A stretch of 64,000 nt of DNA, taken from the NCBI GenBank assembly GCA_963826785.1, contig CAWGYD010000005.1, positions 96,001-160,000 on the forward strand, given 5' to 3'. This stretch comes from an uncultured delta proteobacterium. Lineage in GTDB: Bacteria; Desulfobacterota; Desulfobacteria; Desulfobacterales; Desulfosalsimonadaceae. Positions within the stretch are counted from its first letter, which is position 1, and the number at the start of each line of letters is the position of its first letter. Positions 19,793-30,278 of the stretch are shown here, piece after piece. A model generated the notes under the pieces. That model saw only the letters and a list, made by a program, of their open reading frames with translations. It did not search any database and was not told the DNA's origin. Made by a program: the position numbers and the translations under genes.

Positions 19793-21181
19793 ATGACAGT
19801 CAAAAAGAATCAGCAGATTGAGCTTGAAATCAAGGATTTGGCCTTCGGGGGGAAGGGGATCGCCAAGGTCGACGGATTTGCCGTATTTGTCGCACAGACG
19901 GCGCCGTCTGACCGGGTGCTGGCGCAGGTCATCCGAAAAAAGAAGAGCTATGCGGAAGCCCGCGTGCTTAAATATTTGCATCGCTCTTCCCTGCGGGTGG
20001 ATCCGCCGTGTCCTTACAGCGGCATCTGCGGCGGATGCACCTGGCAGTTTCTGGACTACAGCGCCCAGCTGGAAGTCAAGCAGCGGCATGTGGGCGAAGC
20101 CCTATCCCACATCGGCGGCATCGAAGATGCTCTGATTCATCCAACCCTCCCTTCCGAAAAACGCTTCGGATACCGCAACAAAATGGAGTTTTCCTGTGCG
20201 GACCGGCGCTGGCGGCTTCCGGAGGAAATGGATGACGCGCCCGCGGATGCTGATTTTGCCCTGGGGCTGCATGTGCCCGGGACCTTTTATAAAGTGCTCG
20301 ACATCGAGGCCTGCCTGCTGCAGCCCGACCTGGGAAACCGGATACTAAACGATGTGAAAACACACATCCGGCAATCCCCCCTTTCGCCCTATGGGCTTTC
20401 CTCCCATGAAGGATTCTGGCGGTTTCTGATGCTTCGCCATTCCCAGGCCCATGATTCCTGGATGGTCAACATCGTCACCGCATACGAGGACATGGGAGAA
20501 GTCAGGCCCCTGGCCGGATTCTTAAAGGACAAATACCCGCAGGTGGTTTGCGTGACCAACAACATCACCTCCCGGAAATCCGGGGTGGCGGCCGGGGAAT
20601 ATGAAATTCACCTGGAAGGGGAAAAATGCCTCCGGGAACGGCTGGGTCCCTACGAATTTGAAATATCGTCCAATTCTTTTTTCCAGACCAACACCCTGGG
20701 TGCGCAGCGGCTGTATGACACGGTTAAAAAATTCGCCCGGCTTTCCGGCAGGGAGTCCGTCCTCGACCTTTACAGCGGTACGGGGACCATTCCCATCTGG
20801 CTGTCGGATGCGGCCGCACAGGTCATTGGCATCGAAATCGTGGCGGATGCCGTTTCCGATGCCCGGAAAAATTGCGATACCAACGGGGTGACCAACTGCA
20901 GCTTCATCGCCGGGGATATCCGCCAGACGATTGATTCCGTGGAAAAACGCCCCGACCGCCTGATCATCGATCCCCCGCGTACCGGCATGCACCCGGATGT
21001 GGCCGCAAAAGTCATGGAAATGGCGCCGCCCCGGATCGTCTATGTTTCCTGCAATCCGGCAACCCTGGCCAGGGATGCGGCATTGCTCAAAGAGCGGTAT
21101 CGGCTGGTGGAAGTGCAACCCGTGGACATGTTTCCCCACACCTATCATATTGAAGCGGTTGCGGCATTTGACCTGCGCTGA
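19793..21181 (+). CDS. rlmD: 23S rRNA (uracil-C5)-methyltransferase, RlmD/TrmA family
   Basis: TRAM domain, CPYSGICGGC, YRNKMEF, FFQTN, IDPPRTG, YVSCNPATLARD, DMFPHTYHIE. Confidence 0.93.
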   Translation: MTVKKNQQIELEIKDLAFGGKGIAKVDGFAVFVAQTAPSDRVLAQVIRKKKSYAEARVLKYLHRSSLRVDPPCPYSGICGGCTWQFLDYSAQLEVKQRHVGEALSHIGGIEDALIHPTLPSEKRFGYRNKMEFSCADRRWRLPEEMDDAPADADFALGLHVPGTFYKVLDIEACLLQPDLGNRILNDVKTHIRQSPLSPYGLSSHEGFWRFLMLRHSQAHDSWMVNIVTAYEDMGEVRPLAGFLKDKYPQVVCVTNNITSRKSGVAAGEYEIHLEGEKCLRERLGPYEFEISSNSFFQTNTLGAQRLYDTVKKFARLSGRESVLDLYSGTGTIPIWLSDAAAQVIGIEIVADAVSDARKNCDTNGVTNCSFIAGDIRQTIDSVEKRPDRLIIDPPRTGMHPDVAAKVMEMAPPRIVYVSCNPATLARDAALLKERYRLVEVQPVDMFPHTYHIEAVAAFDLR

Positions 21182-21365
21182 ACCTGCGATTTGCGAGGAG
21201 GCTAATTGTGAAAATCGAAATGACACCCATTGGTCTTTCCAAAGTTCCGCCTTGCATCTTCAATTCGCGATTTTTAACCGTGGCTGTTGAGATTTAATGG
21301 CAGGCGGTTATAGTAATAATAATCGGATAAGATTTGCGGATGCCATATTAAAAGGAGGTCCGGCA

Positions 21366-22274
21366 ATGAGAAAACAGATCAGCCGTATTTTCTGTGCGAC
21401 GGATTTTTCCCGGTTTGCCGAAGAAGTAGTGACCTACGGTATTCGCCTGGCAAAAGAATTCAATGCCGGGCTTTATATCTGTCATGTCGTGGATCTGCCG
21501 TCGGTATCCATGTACGGAGAGGCGGTTGCCGGCCCTATCGAATACCAGAACCGGTTCATGGAATATGCGCGCCAGGAGATCGAGCGCCTGGTGGGAAGCG
21601 AATCCATTGAATACACGCCACTGGTAACGATCGGAAACACCACCGAGGAAATCAACCGCCTGGCCAAGGACCATGCCGCCGATCTTGTGATTACCGCTAC
21701 CCACGGCCGGTCGGGCCTGAAGCGGCTTTTCCTGGGTTCGGTGACCGAGCGTCTCATGCGGACGCTTCCCTGTCCGCTGCTGGTCTTGAAAGGCGCCGAA
21801 GAAGATGCGCCCAGAAGTTTGTCTAAATTCCCATTCCGCAAGATCCTGGTGGGGTGTGATTTTTCAGCCCACTCCGATGAAGCCTTAAAGTACAGCCTGA
21901 ACATGGCGCAGGAATTTGAAAGCGAATTTCACCTGGTGCACGTGGTGGAGCCTTCCGGTTACCGGGATCTGTTCGAACTTGCCTCCCAGCCGGCGGTGGA
22001 CAGGATCAAAGAGGATCTCTATGACATGATCAAAGAGCGGCTTTCGGAACGCGTTCCCGTTGACGCCCTGAACTGGATTTCCTTAAAGACCCAGCTGCTG
22101 GTGGGAAAACCCTATGAGGAGATCATCCGGTATGCGGCTTTAAACGATATCGACCTCATCGCCATGGGCATCAGGGGCCACGGTATGGTTGAGGACCTGC
22201 TGATCGGCTCCACCACCGACCGGGTCATCCGGCGGTCGCCGTGCCCGGTGCTCTCGGTATACATGGATTCATGA
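21366..22274 (+). CDS. Universal stress protein, tandem Usp domains
   Basis: Two copies of the (T/C)DFS...G..G....LGS.T.R..R..PCP.L pattern; RBS AGGAGG. Confidence 0.92.
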   Translation: MRKQISRIFCATDFSRFAEEVVTYGIRLAKEFNAGLYICHVVDLPSVSMYGEAVAGPIEYQNRFMEYARQEIERLVGSESIEYTPLVTIGNTTEEINRLAKDHAADLVITATHGRSGLKRLFLGSVTERLMRTLPCPLLVLKGAEEDAPRSLSKFPFRKILVGCDFSAHSDEALKYSLNMAQEFESEFHLVHVVEPSGYRDLFELASQPAVDRIKEDLYDMIKERLSERVPVDALNWISLKTQLLVGKPYEEIIRYAALNDIDLIAMGIRGHGMVEDLLIGSTTDRVIRRSPCPVLSVYMDS

Positions 22275-22359
22275 ACTGATCCTCGACCGATCCTGGCAAT
22301 TCGCCATGGCTCCTGATGAATCCTCATGGCTTGTCAATGGTATGAGAGGTATGAGAAAT

Positions 22360-23118
22360 CTATACCGCACCGGTGCCGGTCTGCTTCTCCATGACCACTT
22401 CGCCCCGGGGGCTGATGACGATTTCCCTGACCGGGACATCCATCCCGGACCGTTCAATCCCCTTCTTCACGATCATGGGCAGCCCCGAGCAGCAGGGGAC
22501 TTCCATGGTGACGATGGTGACGTCCCGGATCCGTGCTTTCTTGAAGATATCGGTGAATTTTGAGACATAAGCGTCAGTTTCGTCAAACTTGGGACATCCC
22601 ATCATGACCGCTTTGCCGGCGAGCAGGTCCCGATGAAAATCAGGGTAGGCGACCGCCACGCAATCGGCTGTTACCAGCAGGCTGGCGTTTTTTAGAAAAG
22701 CCGCGTCCGCGGGTACCAGCCGGATCTGAACGGGCCAGTGGGAAAGGGCCGAAGCTGTTTTATTCCCGTGGCTGCCGGATTTTGCCTGAACCGCGGGTCG
22801 CAAGGTCTGGATCTGTGCTGAAGGGCATCCGCAGGCCAGGTTCAGGGGCGTTTGTTTCCCGGTGTCCGGACTCTGCGATTTAAGGTGTTCATCCACCGCC
22901 GTCTCATCGAATTCATCGGCGACCCGCCGGATGATTTTCAGCGCGCCCTGGGGACATTCCCCGATGCATGCCCCCAGCCCGTCGCACAGGTTGTCCGAGA
23001 TCACTTTGGCCTTGCCGTCCACCAGCTGCAGCGCCCCTTCTGCGCAGGAAAGGATGCACTGGCCGCAGCCGTCACATTTTTCTTCGTCTATTTCAATTAT
23101 TTTTCTATCGGTTTGCAT
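22360..23118 (-). CDS. 4Fe-4S dicluster domain protein
   Basis: CDGCGQCILSCAEGAL, CDGLGACIGECP, GCPS, HWPVQIRLV, GCPKFD, MEVPCC. Confidence 0.88.
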   Translation of the reverse strand: MQTDRKIIEIDEEKCDGCGQCILSCAEGALQLVDGKAKVISDNLCDGLGACIGECPQGALKIIRRVADEFDETAVDEHLKSQSPDTGKQTPLNLACGCPSAQIQTLRPAVQAKSGSHGNKTASALSHWPVQIRLVPADAAFLKNASLLVTADCVAVAYPDFHRDLLAGKAVMMGCPKFDETDAYVSKFTDIFKKARIRDVTIVTMEVPCCSGLPMIVKKGIERSGMDVPVREIVISPRGEVVMEKQTGTGAV

Positions 23119-23130
23119 AACATCATTTCC

Positions 23131-23859
23131 TTATCCGATGAGCCGGTTTTCAGCGACTATTTTTCCGTTTGCGGTCAGAAAAGACCGTTGAATTATTTTT
23201 TTGAGCTTCTGGTCATCCGAAGACTTTTCTTTGCGGTCATCCTCCAGGTTGGCGATCAGGTCGGCATCATAGAGGACTTTGAAATTAAGGGTTTCCCCGT
23301 CACGGGGGTGATGGTGATGACCGATGATATCGCAGACTTCATCGATCAGGGGGGCGGCGGCACCGACGGTTTCGAGAACTTTTCGGGCAATGGGCGGCCC
23401 CTCGGCTTCCTGAAACCGTGCCGCCGTTGACCGGTGCTTCTTTTCGGCCTCATGGATGCCGATGTCGTGAAGATAGGCGGCAGCCAGGATGACGGCCATG
23501 TTGCCGCCTTCCGCCTTGGCGATTTCTTCGGCATAGCGCGCGACCCGCATGGCGTGCCCGATCCGTTTGAAATCCTTGTTGAAGTATCTTTTCATTTCAA
23601 TGGCGATGCGGTCCTTCATCAGGTCCTCCCGTTGTGCCATCAACTCCGGCGGCAGTGAGCCGATGCACTGGTCGGCAAACTGGCAGTAGGAGGCGCATCC
23701 GAAATCCATATTCGGATTGGCAAACCGGTGTCCGCAGGCATCGCACTTTCGGGCGGTGTCATCCTTGAAAAATTCAACCATTGTGCCGCATTGGGGGCAT
23801 CGGGTTTCAAAAATGGAACCCGGCTGCCAGTATCGGCTGTCCTGTCCGGGACATTTCAT
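23131..23859 (-). CDS. HD-domain phosphohydrolase with N-terminal Cys-rich metal-binding domain
   Basis: MKCPGQD..CPQCG..CDACG..CASYC; RIGHA..AYLHDIG..HHH..YDAD. Confidence 0.85.
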   Translation of the reverse strand: MKCPGQDSRYWQPGSIFETRCPQCGTMVEFFKDDTARKCDACGHRFANPNMDFGCASYCQFADQCIGSLPPELMAQREDLMKDRIAIEMKRYFNKDFKRIGHAMRVARYAEEIAKAEGGNMAVILAAAYLHDIGIHEAEKKHRSTAARFQEAEGPPIARKVLETVGAAAPLIDEVCDIIGHHHHPRDGETLNFKVLYDADLIANLEDDRKEKSSDDQKLKKIIQRSFLTANGKIVAENRLIG

Positions 23860-24024
23860 CGGCATCCTCCTGTTTTTAAGTTGAAAAAATCAGACCGCTA
23901 TGTTCTGTATTTGAATTTAAGAACCATATGGTGTAAATCAATAATTCAAATATTTCCGGTTTATCCGGCTCACATAACGATTGGTTCGTTAAATGAGATG
24001 ATAACTGAATCAAAATATATCGCA

Positions 24025-24038
24025 TTGACTTAGGTCAA
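24025..24038. promoter_or_regulatory. Candidate CRP/FNR-family (HcpR-like) operator TTGAC-N4-GTCAA
   Basis: Palindrome TTGACTTAGGTCAA in a divergent intergenic region. Confidence 0.45.
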
Positions 24039-24075
24039 ATCAGCCTGTTTTTAAATACCCAGATGCGGATGTCCC

Positions 24076-25443
24076 ATGCCCGAGAAAAAATTCAAGCAGA
24101 TACTGGCAAATGAGAAAAACCTGGTCCGGATTCTCGATAGTTTGAAGGAGGGGATCATCGCCCATGACCTGGACCGCCGCATATTCTTCTTCAACCGGGA
24201 AGCCGAGCGGATCACCGGCTACCGCAGAGAGGAAGTGCTGGATCGGGATTGCCATTTGGCCTTCAGCGAACCGTTTTGCGGAGAGCGCTGCCTGTTCCAT
24301 CATCCCGGTCAGCCCCTGCCGGATGAAGCCTCCCATTTGATCAACCTGGTCACCAAGGACGGCGAACTCCGCCACGTGGAAATGGCCACCACCACCTTGC
24401 GAGACGACAACAACCAGGTATTCGGGATTCTGGCGTTTCTTTTGGATAACACCGATATGCTCAAATGCCGTATGCGGACCGGGGACCTGACCGGCTACGG
24501 GGATATCGTGGGGCGCGACAGCACGATGATTAAAATTTTCCAGCAGATAGAGGATGTGGCCGCCTATGATTTTCCGGTTCACATCTATGGTGAAACCGGC
24601 ACGGGGAAAGAACTGGTGGCCGAGGCGATTCACAATGCCAGCCGCAGGGCGGGGGCGCCTTTTGTTCCCATCAACTGCGGCGCCCTGCCGGAGGGATTGA
24701 TCGAAAGCGAACTGTTCGGCCATGTCAAAGGCGCGTTTTCCGGCGCCATCAGGGACAAAAAAGGGCGCTTCGAGCTGGCGGACGGCGGGACCCTGCTGCT
24801 GGATGAAATAGCGGAACTCTCCAAGGATATCCAGGTTAAACTGCTGAGATTCCTTCAGACCGGCAAGTTTGAAAAAGTGGGGGGGGAGCAGACCCTGTCG
24901 GTCAATGTCCGCATCATCAGCGCCACCAATGCGGATCTTCTAAAGGAGGTCAAGCGCAAGGCGTTTCGGGATGACCTCTATTATCGATTGAATGTTATTC
25001 CCATCCATCTGCCTCCCTTGCGGGATCGAAAAATCGATATTCCGCTGCTGGTGGAATACTTTTTAAAGCGGTTCATGCCCTCAAAAACCGACACCCCGCC
25101 CGCGGTGACACGCGAAGCGCTCTCCCTGTTTATGGATTACCAGTGGCCCGGCAATATCCGGCAGCTGCAGAATGTCCTTCAATATGCAATTGTTAAGAGC
25201 AACGGTAAAGTCATCCGGCCCGAGGACCTGCCCATGGAACTGGCGGGTGAGCGCAGGGCAGGGGCGGTCCGGCGGGGCCCGGGAAAAAAACTGGATAGCG
25301 AATCCGTATGTTCCGCCCTGAAAAAGACCGGCAATAACAAGGCCAAAGCCGCACGACTCCTCGGCGTTGGCCGCGCCACGCTCTACCGGTTCCTGGATGA
25401 GCATCCCGAAGCGGTGCCGCCGCCGCTGCAATCCCTGGCGTGA
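24076..25443 (+). CDS. PAS-domain sigma54-dependent transcriptional activator
   Basis: PAS domain with [42 protein letters not shown], Fis-type HTH. Confidence 0.93.
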   Translation: MPEKKFKQILANEKNLVRILDSLKEGIIAHDLDRRIFFFNREAERITGYRREEVLDRDCHLAFSEPFCGERCLFHHPGQPLPDEASHLINLVTKDGELRHVEMATTTLRDDNNQVFGILAFLLDNTDMLKCRMRTGDLTGYGDIVGRDSTMIKIFQQIEDVAAYDFPVHIYGETGTGKELVAEAIHNASRRAGAPFVPINCGALPEGLIESELFGHVKGAFSGAIRDKKGRFELADGGTLLLDEIAELSKDIQVKLLRFLQTGKFEKVGGEQTLSVNVRIISATNADLLKEVKRKAFRDDLYYRLNVIPIHLPPLRDRKIDIPLLVEYFLKRFMPSKTDTPPAVTREALSLFMDYQWPGNIRQLQNVLQYAIVKSNGKVIRPEDLPMELAGERRAGAVRRGPGKKLDSESVCSALKKTGNNKAKAARLLGVGRATLYRFLDEHPEAVPPPLQSLA

Positions 25444-25578
25444 CCTTGTTTAAATCCATTCAACGCGCCGGTTTCATGCACCTGAAGAGAAGCTTTCGCA
25501 AAGAGCGCGCAGGCCGATTTCAAGGAACCTGACCCGGCAAGCGGTTTTTAGGTTCATTTTTTTGTTTCCGCAGGTCCG

Positions 25579-25612
25579 AACACCCCCCTTGGTCCCCCCT
25601 CGAGGGGGGAAT
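25579..25612 (-). repeat. 34-bp REP-like palindrome, copy 1
   Basis: Reverse complement ATTCCCCCCTCGAGGGGGGACCAAGGGGGGTGTT matches 39825-39858 at 31/34 positions. Confidence 0.8.
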
Positions 25613-25738
25613 AAACCGGGGGTATCCCTTGCGACTAAAAAGTTCTTCCTGCAAAAACATCCCGGCAGCGGGGTGAGGCGCTTTGAAAAAAGAAGATCGA
25701 ACCCCTGGGGCATTTCCAGCGAAAAGTTACCTCTTTTT

Positions 25739-26479
25739 TTAAAAAACACAGGGAATCGGATGGCGCAGCCGGATCCGATATCTGTCCAACTCCACATCGT
25801 AGACCAGAATTTCCACCCCGTTTTCAATAGCCTTTTTCAATTCGGCAGCGTATGCCGGATCGATGTGCACCGCGGGCGCAAACCGATGCGCATCCATGCG
25901 CTGGATCAGGTAAACCATTACCCCCCGGTACCCTGAAGCGACAAGGGTCTGCAACTCCACCAGATGGGTCCGCCCCCTTACGGTGACGGCATCCGGAAAG
26001 CAGGCCAGGCCGTCTTTGACCAGTGTGCAGTTCTTGATTTCCACATAACAGGGGGCAGCATCCTTGCGGGTCAGCATAAGGTCGATGCGGGAGCGTTCGC
26101 CCACCCTGACTTCAGGCCGTACCTCCGTGTAGCCGGCCAGCGGTGCAATGGCGCCGCTCGTTATCGCGCGGGCGATGAGCCGGTTGGGCAGCAGCGTGTT
26201 GACCCCCACCAGAGAGCCGGGCATGTCAATGATCTCCCAGGTGTATTTGAGCTTGCGGCGGGGTTTGTCCTGCAATGAGAGAAAAACCCGCCTACCGGGT
26301 TCACAGCAGCCGGTCATGGCCCCGGAATTGGGGCAATGGGCGGTCACCTGCCTTCCGTCATCCAGCCGGATGTCAGCCAGAAATCGTTTGTACCGTTTCA
26401 TCAGCGTGCCGGGGATGAGTTCCGGAAAGATGATGTCCGGACAATCATTCAAGCCCTCTGATTTGATGTGTTTATCCAT
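25739..26479 (-). CDS. sfsA: DNA/RNA nuclease SfsA (sugar fermentation stimulation protein)
   Basis: RYKRFLAD, AHCPNSGAM, SRIDLML, YVEIKNCTL, FPDAVTVRGRTHL. Confidence 0.93.
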   Translation of the reverse strand: MDKHIKSEGLNDCPDIIFPELIPGTLMKRYKRFLADIRLDDGRQVTAHCPNSGAMTGCCEPGRRVFLSLQDKPRRKLKYTWEIIDMPGSLVGVNTLLPNRLIARAITSGAIAPLAGYTEVRPEVRVGERSRIDLMLTRKDAAPCYVEIKNCTLVKDGLACFPDAVTVRGRTHLVELQTLVASGYRGVMVYLIQRMDAHRFAPAVHIDPAYAAELKKAIENGVEILVYDVELDRYRIRLRHPIPCVF

Positions 26480-26778
26480 TGAATGCCGGCCTGTTTCAGG
26501 TTGTCGGTAGGTGTATCGGTATCGTCTCTGGCCTTTATGAAACAGTTTCGTATCAGGTTGCCGGTTAGAACACCAGGGAATATCCTTTCTGCTGAAGACC
26601 AGCCCAGCTTCCAAAATGGCATAAAATATAAATTTCGTCTGATTTCAGTTGCCTATATGAACGGTTGGATGAGCTGCCGTTGAAAAAGCCTGTATAGTCC
26701 GAATCTGGCATGTTTTTTGAATTTGATTTAAAGTTGAATCAAACCGGCGCGAAAAACGCCCAGGAGAATATTCTGCCA

Positions 26779-26979
26779 GTGAAATCATGCAACGACAATA
26801 TCAAAAAGACGCTTAAAATCGTCGAGCAGATGATCGCACTTTCAAATACGGGGGATGCCGATCGGGAGGATGTCGGCTGTGGAATCCTCTACGGCATTTT
26901 GCGAGATTCCGCCTACAGGATCAGGAAAGTGGCCGAGGCGGAAATGCTGTCCCACCAAAAAAAAGGGACCTGGGAATAA
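26779..26979 (+). CDS. Small hypothetical protein
   Basis: GTG start after AGGAG; GDADREDVGCGILYGILRDSAY motif; first gene of the oxidative-stress run. Confidence 0.65.
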   Translation: MKSCNDNIKKTLKIVEQMIALSNTGDADREDVGCGILYGILRDSAYRIRKVAEAEMLSHQKKGTWE

Positions 26980-27064
26980 TTCCTGACTTTTTTAGTGCAA
27001 TATGATAGATGAATCGTATCTCACTATATAAATCGTAAACATGATAGGATAAGGAGAGTGACCA

Positions 27065-27640
27065 ATGGCAAGCATGAAAGGAACGCAAACCGAGAAGAAC
27101 CTGCTGACCGCTTTTGCGGGTGAATCCCAGGCCCGGAACCGGTATACCTATTTTGCCAGCAAGGCCAAGAAAGAAGGGTATGAGCAGATCGCTTTTATTT
27201 TCGAAGAGACCGCCAACCAGGAAAAGGAGCATGCCAAGCGCTTTTTCAGCTTCCTGGAAGGGGGGGAAACCCAAATCGCCGCCGCATTTCCGGCGGGCAT
27301 GGTGGGGGACACCGTGGACAATCTGAAGGCGGCCGCGGCCGGGGAAAATTACGAGCATACCGAGATGTATCCCGGGTTTGCAAAAATTGCCCGTGAAGAA
27401 GGGTTTGATGCCGTGGCCATGGTATTCGATGCGGTTTCCGTCGCGGAAAAACAGCATGAGAAGCGGTACCGGGACCTGGCAGCCAACATCGATCAGGACA
27501 GCGTCTTCAAAAAGAGCGAGCCGGCGGTGTGGCGGTGCCGGAACTGCGGATACCTCCATGAAGGCGCAGAAGCGCCGGCCATGTGCCCGGCCTGCGCGCA
27601 CCCGCGGGCGCACTATGAAGTGCTCGGTGAAAATTACTAG
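27065..27640 (+). CDS. rbr: Rubrerythrin
   Basis: [27 protein letters not shown]-terminal CRNCG..CPAC. Confidence 0.96.
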   Translation: MASMKGTQTEKNLLTAFAGESQARNRYTYFASKAKKEGYEQIAFIFEETANQEKEHAKRFFSFLEGGETQIAAAFPAGMVGDTVDNLKAAAAGENYEHTEMYPGFAKIAREEGFDAVAMVFDAVSVAEKQHEKRYRDLAANIDQDSVFKKSEPAVWRCRNCGYLHEGAEAPAMCPACAHPRAHYEVLGENY

Positions 27641-27757
27641 CGGCTCAAGGCAAAGTGCCTCTTTTTTGGCCCAAAACACCATTTTTGTTAAATTTTCATC
27701 CTCGATCAGCACTGAATCATAGATTAGAACAATGGAACAATGAAATGGAGAATCTAA

Positions 27758-28234
27758 ATGGGATACGAGTTTACGGCAAAAGAAATATTTGAAATGGCCA
27801 TGCAGATCGAACGAAACGGTGCGGCCTTTTACGAAAGCGCCGCCAGCAGTGCGGCCAGCGAATCGGAAAAAACCTTTTTGACCGATCTTGCCCGGATGGA
27901 ACGGCAGCATGAGAAGACGTTTGCCGATCTGGAAAAAGACCTGAGCGATGCGGAACAGTCCCAGACCGTATTTGATCCCGAGGACGAAGCGGCCCAATAT
28001 CTCAAGGCATTGGCGGACACCCGGGTGTTTTTCGAAAAGGAGATGGATGCCTCCTCGATGAAGGAAATATTGAAATCCGCCATCACCGCGGAGAAGGATT
28101 CCATCGTGTTTTACCTGGGCATGAAGGAACTGGTCCCTGAAAAACTGGGGAAAAGCAGGTTGGATAACATCATCAAAGAAGAAATGGGACATATCCGGCT
28201 GCTCAGCAAGAAACTGGTCGGCCTGAAGGCGTAA
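27758..28234 (+). CDS. Ferritin-like diiron (rubrerythrin-family) protein
   Basis: [31 protein letters not shown]. Confidence 0.88.
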   Translation: MGYEFTAKEIFEMAMQIERNGAAFYESAASSAASESEKTFLTDLARMERQHEKTFADLEKDLSDAEQSQTVFDPEDEAAQYLKALADTRVFFEKEMDASSMKEILKSAITAEKDSIVFYLGMKELVPEKLGKSRLDNIIKEEMGHIRLLSKKLVGLKA

Positions 28235-28289
28235 ACGGTTTGAGCAACGCCTGTCAAAAATGAAAATAATCGGGAGGAGGAAACAACAG

Positions 28290-28667
28290 ATGGCAAAACG
28301 CCTGGAAGTTTACAAATGCTCAGTTTGCGGGAATATCGTGGAAGTGCTGGTCGGCGGCGCCGGGGAACTGGTCTGCTGCGGTCAGCCCATGGCGCTGCAA
28401 ACGGAAAATACCGTGGATGCGGCAAAGGAAAAGCATGTACCGGTCATTGAGAAAACGGATGCCGGATATAAGGTCAAGGTCGGATCTGTGGCCCATCCCA
28501 TGGAGGAAAAACATTACATCCAGTGGATTGAACTGATCGCAGACGGCAAAAGCTACCTTCAGTTCTTAAATCCCGGGGATGCCCCCGAAGCGGTGTTTGC
28601 GATTGCCGCCGAAAGCGTCACCGCACGGGAGTACTGCAATCTGCACGGCCATTGGAAGGCCGGTTGA
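28290..28667 (+). CDS. dfx: Desulfoferrodoxin (superoxide reductase)
   Basis: [38 protein letters not shown]. Confidence 0.97.
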   Translation: MAKRLEVYKCSVCGNIVEVLVGGAGELVCCGQPMALQTENTVDAAKEKHVPVIEKTDAGYKVKVGSVAHPMEEKHYIQWIELIADGKSYLQFLNPGDAPEAVFAIAAESVTAREYCNLHGHWKAG

Positions 28668-28689
28668 TTTTTCAAAGGAGGTATTTTCG

Positions 28690-28857
28690 ATGACAAGCTG
28701 GAAATGCACCAATTGCGGGTATACGTTCGAGGCGGAGGCGCCGCCCAAGCAGTGCCCGTCATGCAAGGAAAAATGCGAATTCGTCGATGTGTCCTGCTAC
28801 ACCCCCGACTGCGCGGACAAGGGGATGGATGACAGGCTGGGCCGCAAAAAATCTTAA
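28690..28857 (+). CDS. Rubredoxin-like small Cys-rich protein
   Basis: [32 protein letters not shown]. Confidence 0.85.
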   Translation: MTSWKCTNCGYTFEAEAPPKQCPSCKEKCEFVDVSCYTPDCADKGMDDRLGRKKS

Positions 28858-28872
28858 ACGAAAGAAAATTAA

Positions 28873-29316
28873 ATGGCTAAAGCATTGATCGTCTGCGCGA
28901 CCCGCACCGGGGAAACCCTGACCATCGGCGGATTGATCGCCGAAGGCATGCGGTTTTCCGGGGTGGATGTCAGCGTACTCAACGTGAACCAGATCAAATC
29001 GGAAGCCGACCTGGCGGGTTATGACGCCTATGTTTTTGGATCGGCCACCTACCATGGCGATATGCTGCAGGGGATGAAGACATTTTTGTTCCTGGCGGAA
29101 AAAGCCGACCTGGTAAACAAAATCGGCGGCGCATTCGGCGCCTTCGGGTGGAGCGGGGAGGCGCCGGAGCGGATCTACAACACCATGAAGAATATCTTCA
29201 ACATGAACATGGTCAGCGGCCCCCTGATGCTGAAATCGAGCAGTCTTGGAGGGGGAATGAAAATGGCCCAGGACTACGGGCGGGAAATCGCCGCTAAAAT
29301 TGATACACTGAAATAA
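28873..29316 (+). CDS. Flavodoxin-domain protein
   Basis: ATRTGET, GSATYHG, AFGAFGWSGEA. Confidence 0.88.
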   Translation: MAKALIVCATRTGETLTIGGLIAEGMRFSGVDVSVLNVNQIKSEADLAGYDAYVFGSATYHGDMLQGMKTFLFLAEKADLVNKIGGAFGAFGWSGEAPERIYNTMKNIFNMNMVSGPLMLKSSSLGGGMKMAQDYGREIAAKIDTLK

Positions 29317-29328
29317 GGAGGTTTTTTT

Positions 29329-29517
29329 ATGACCACACCGCAACACTGCCCTGGATTCCAGCAGTTCAAATCACTGAAATCATTTACCTGCAAATGCCCT
29401 TCCTGCGGCGAGGCAAAAGAGATTTTTTCCGATGAGTTCGAAAAGCCGCACAAGTGCGATGCCTGCGGCGAACCCATCGATTTCACCCAGTGCACCCTTG
29501 AGGGAAGCGCAGCGTAA
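29329..29517 (+). CDS. Small Cys-rich zinc-ribbon-like protein
   Basis: HCPG..CKCPSCG..EIFSDE..CDACG; RBS AAGGAGG. Confidence 0.8.
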   Translation: MTTPQHCPGFQQFKSLKSFTCKCPSCGEAKEIFSDEFEKPHKCDACGEPIDFTQCTLEGSAA

Positions 29518-29587
29518 GGCCATCGTGTGATCCGGATGTAAGAATCAGCTGGATTCGTGAGTAAAATAGTTGAAGAGGATGATACAT

Positions 29588-29950
29588 ATGGCCAAAGCCG
29601 CTCTTCTGATGGCTGTCGTCTGGGTCAGCTTCCTGTGTCCGCCGGCATTTTCCGGCCAGCCGGCCGAATCGGTGGACAAGGGAGCCGAAATGATTAAGAT
29701 TTACTCGGGAAGCATGGCGCCCGCCCTTTTTCCGCACCGGTTCCACCAGGAGAGACTAAATGACTGCGGCACCTGCCATGCCTTGTTTCCCATGAAGTCC
29801 GGGATCATCCGGGAGATGAAAGACGAAGGTACGTTAAGCAGGCAGCAGGTGATGAACACAAAATGCCTCGCCTGCCACAAGGAACTCAACGCTGCCGGAA
29901 AACCTGCGGGCCCCATGGCCTGCAGCCAGTGCCACGTGCGAAATCCCTGA
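29588..29950 (+). CDS. Periplasmic triheme cytochrome c (c3/c7 family)
   Basis: Signal peptide, FPHRFHQ, three CxxCH motifs (CGTCH, CLACH, CSQCH). Confidence 0.88.
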   Translation: MAKAALLMAVVWVSFLCPPAFSGQPAESVDKGAEMIKIYSGSMAPALFPHRFHQERLNDCGTCHALFPMKSGIIREMKDEGTLSRQQVMNTKCLACHKELNAAGKPAGPMACSQCHVRNP

Positions 29951-30017
29951 AGGATAGTGTGGAAATACCCATACACGGGACTTTGAAACCATAATTTGTC
30001 GAAAAAAGGAGGTTTTT

Positions 30018-30176
30018 ATGGATAAGTATGTATGTACGGTATGCGGTTATGTATATGACCCGGCAAAAGGCGATCCGGATGGCGGCGTGGCGGCCGGAAC
30101 GGCCTTCGAAGATTTACCCGATGACTGGGAATGCCCGGTTTGCGGCGCGCCCAAAAGCGATTTCGAAAAGCAATAA
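30018..30176 (+). CDS. Rubredoxin (52 aa, absent from the ORF track)
   Basis: Hand translation [62 protein letters not shown]. Confidence 0.97.
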   Translation: MDKYVCTVCGYVYDPAKGDPDGGVAAGTAFEDLPDDWECPVCGAPKSDFEKQ

Positions 30177-30187
30177 ATCATACAATT

Positions 30188-30234
30188 AAAAACCGGTTGG
30201 ATACGGACCTTGTCTGTTGAAAACCGGTTTTTTT
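30188..30234 (+). terminator. Intrinsic terminator after rubredoxin
   Basis: AAAAACCGGTT...AACCGGTTTTTTT. Confidence 0.65.
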
Positions 30235-30278
30235 ATATGCGGGCAGGTCAATTTTTAGAAAATGCGAAAGGATGGAGG

